A stretch of 64,000 bases of DNA from contig JAYWIR010000005.1 of the NCBI GenBank assembly GCA_036172245.1, forward strand, positions 4,960,001 to 5,024,000, in the 5' to 3' direction. Source of the DNA: Raillietiella orientalis. Its lineage: Eukaryota. This document shows, piece after piece, positions 62,090 through 64,000 of this stretch; positions within the stretch are counted from its first letter, which is position 1, and the number at the start of each line of letters is the position of its first letter. Below the pieces are notes generated by a model, which worked only from the letters and a program-made list of their open reading frames with translations, did no database searches and was not told the DNA's origin. The translations under genes were made by a program, and so were the position numbers.

Positions 62090-64000
62090 CTTCCCAAGTG
62101 TCGGGGAACTGGACCCCTGCAGAAGAACGCTCCGAGCGATGATCTCCTCCGCCATCCGTGGTCTTCGATGAACCGCGGTCTCCAGCATCCGCATTCTGAG
62201 GCGTTTCCGGGACGCCTCTCAGCTCCCCTTTGCTGGAAGGGACGTTCCAGAAAGGTGGACAGTCTCCAGCCTCGATTCCTTTTTTGAGGGATGCCTGAAT
62301 AAAGGGATTAGCCCCTTAGAGTCAGGGATCGGCCCCTTCCCCTTCCGTCGTTTGGCCTCCGGTGGTCGGGACTTCTCCCCTGAAGCTCGCTTCGCCCAAG
62401 AGTTCCTGAAGAGGGATCTGGAGGGTAAAATGGTTGCGGGCACCCCTTCATGGGAAGCTCGTCCTTCCCTCGTTGCCAGCTCATCAGAGAGAGCTGGACC
62501 ACCGCTCGAGTGTCGGCGTCTCTCTCTGGTGACAGAGCCGGAGACCCTCCGTGATTGGCAAAGAGGGCGTCTAAGCCCCTCTCGCCGACGCTAATCTGCA
62601 TTTCCGCCAGTGAGCGCTCGTCCATTTGATTCCGTCTCCTCCTCCTCCCCATTACATCCCCCCAACAGACCGGAGCGAACCTTCTTTGAACTCTCCCGGA
62701 AGCCTCCGCACGTCGCTCCTTGTAGTTCCCGAGCAGGGTGCGTTTCTGGGATGCTGGATTCTTTAGAACACCAGCGACTGCTACCGTCTTTTGCTTTTGT
62801 TCTCGCTTTTTCACCCCAGCGATCCTCCAGGCGCTTCAGCAAAGCCATTGTCTCTCTTAGTAACGCCTTCTGCCACTCAGGGCGCTAGGGTCGCGTTCCC
62901 GATAGCGCGCCGAAAGTCGTTTCGTGGGCTGGACGCCCCTTTCTCGATGCGCGATGAGCCGGAGTCAGCGGAAGGAAAGATGCCAGGAAACAAAAAGAAG
63001 GAAAATGGAAGGGACAAGAAAGGGGAGGAGGAGGGTAGGGGAAAGGAAACGTGTGGTGTGAGGGAGGCTTCCGCACAGGAAAACGCGTGAGAACTTCCCA
63101 GATGGAGCGCATGCTCAAATGGCAACTCGTGTTTTAAGACTGGTAATACGGAAGAGTATCCCTCAATTTTCCCGGATGCTCCGGTAGAAATGCCTTCGGA
63201 TGCTGCGTTGTCAGGACATTTTCTCTCCAAGCAACTCGTAGCGAGGGCAGGCAGGAGCGAAATCATTGCGTACTCTGGACCGTGGACGGAGCTCCCCTCC
63301 GGCGAAGAAGGCACACATCAGTGCGCGTCGCCAAGGAAGCTTATCCAGGACGTTTCTGTGCTTCCTAGGCGTGCACCACGTGACCATCCTGGTCAAGCAT
63401 CCTCCTACCTTTCACTCCGCAAAAGAATAAGAGGAACGAAGGGGAAAACCAAAAAAAAAATCGGCACTCTCTCGCTCCCGTGCTGGAGAACGTGGAACCG
63501 TGCGCGGCGTGCGTGCCCTACGCCCGCGGTCACCCTTGAGAGCACCGAAGCGCGAAATCTTCGAGCCGGCCAGAGGAAGGTTCTTTCCGGGTCGAGGAAG
63601 GAGCGTTGGGCACGCAAAACACTCCCGGGGGAGCCTGGGGAGGTGACCGGACATCGACATGGCGCCGCGAAAGGGTTCGAGGCGGACATTCCTTCTGGAA
63701 AGTCTCCGGCTCGAGTCCTCCTTCCCCGCTCCCGGTGGTGCGAAGATTAGGACATGCCCTCTCCGCTTCGTCCCCTCTCTCCTCTCCAAAAGTTTCTCCG
63801 GCTCCTGCCTTCTTCGAAATCCCCTCCTCTTCCTCCCAGGACCGAACGTGGACCACGCGTATCGGCCTACCTGCTCTATCGGAATGCATCCCTCGGATTC
63901 CCTCAGCGTCAGCATCTCTCGAGAGCGGGTTGCTCAGGTTTCCTCCCGTGCCCTCGGGGTATCCGACCATCCCGAGGAGAAAACCTCAGAAACAGCAGCA

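Noticed and set aside
62340..62594. PFRRLASGGRDFSPEARF resembles histone H3 PFQRLVREIAQDFKTDLRF, next to CCAAT boxes
   Set aside because: Only about 8 identities in 19 with a gap; no H3 N-terminal tail or convincing remainder. Likely chance unless an HMM search scores it significantly.
1..64000. CRISPR array, tRNA genes or prokaryotic operon/defence system
   Set aside because: No regularly spaced repeat-spacer units, no cloverleaf recognised by eye, and the window is intron-rich eukaryotic DNA.

Overview
Eukaryotic, arthropod-like genomic DNA (taxon inferred from the KCNQ and 28S sequences; species not determinable). The main gene is a + strand KCNQ (Kv7) voltage-gated potassium channel. Eight coding exons lie between 26499 and 58562, with GT-AG boundaries and mutually compatible phases, covering the pre-S1 region, S1-S6, the pore, helix A/IQ and the start of the A-B linker. 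The first exon is unresolved and the 3' end lies beyond the window. The rest is intron or intergenic DNA rich in decayed non-LTR (RTE-like) remnants, which cluster in GC-rich blocks. It also holds one decayed mariner, an orphan 28S rRNA fragment (8359-8804), an internally deleted histone H2B pseudogene (17015-17258, -) and weak signs of an unidentified minus-strand spliced gene near 18-19.7 kb. Almost all ORFs in the supplied track look spurious. I cannot demonstrate a new biological system. The most unusual observation is a 69-bp templated copy of the KCNQ S6 exon end and its splice donor, inserted into an upstream intron between 12-bp direct repeats. This creates a 35-nt AG...GT cassette that is in frame with the preceding exon.
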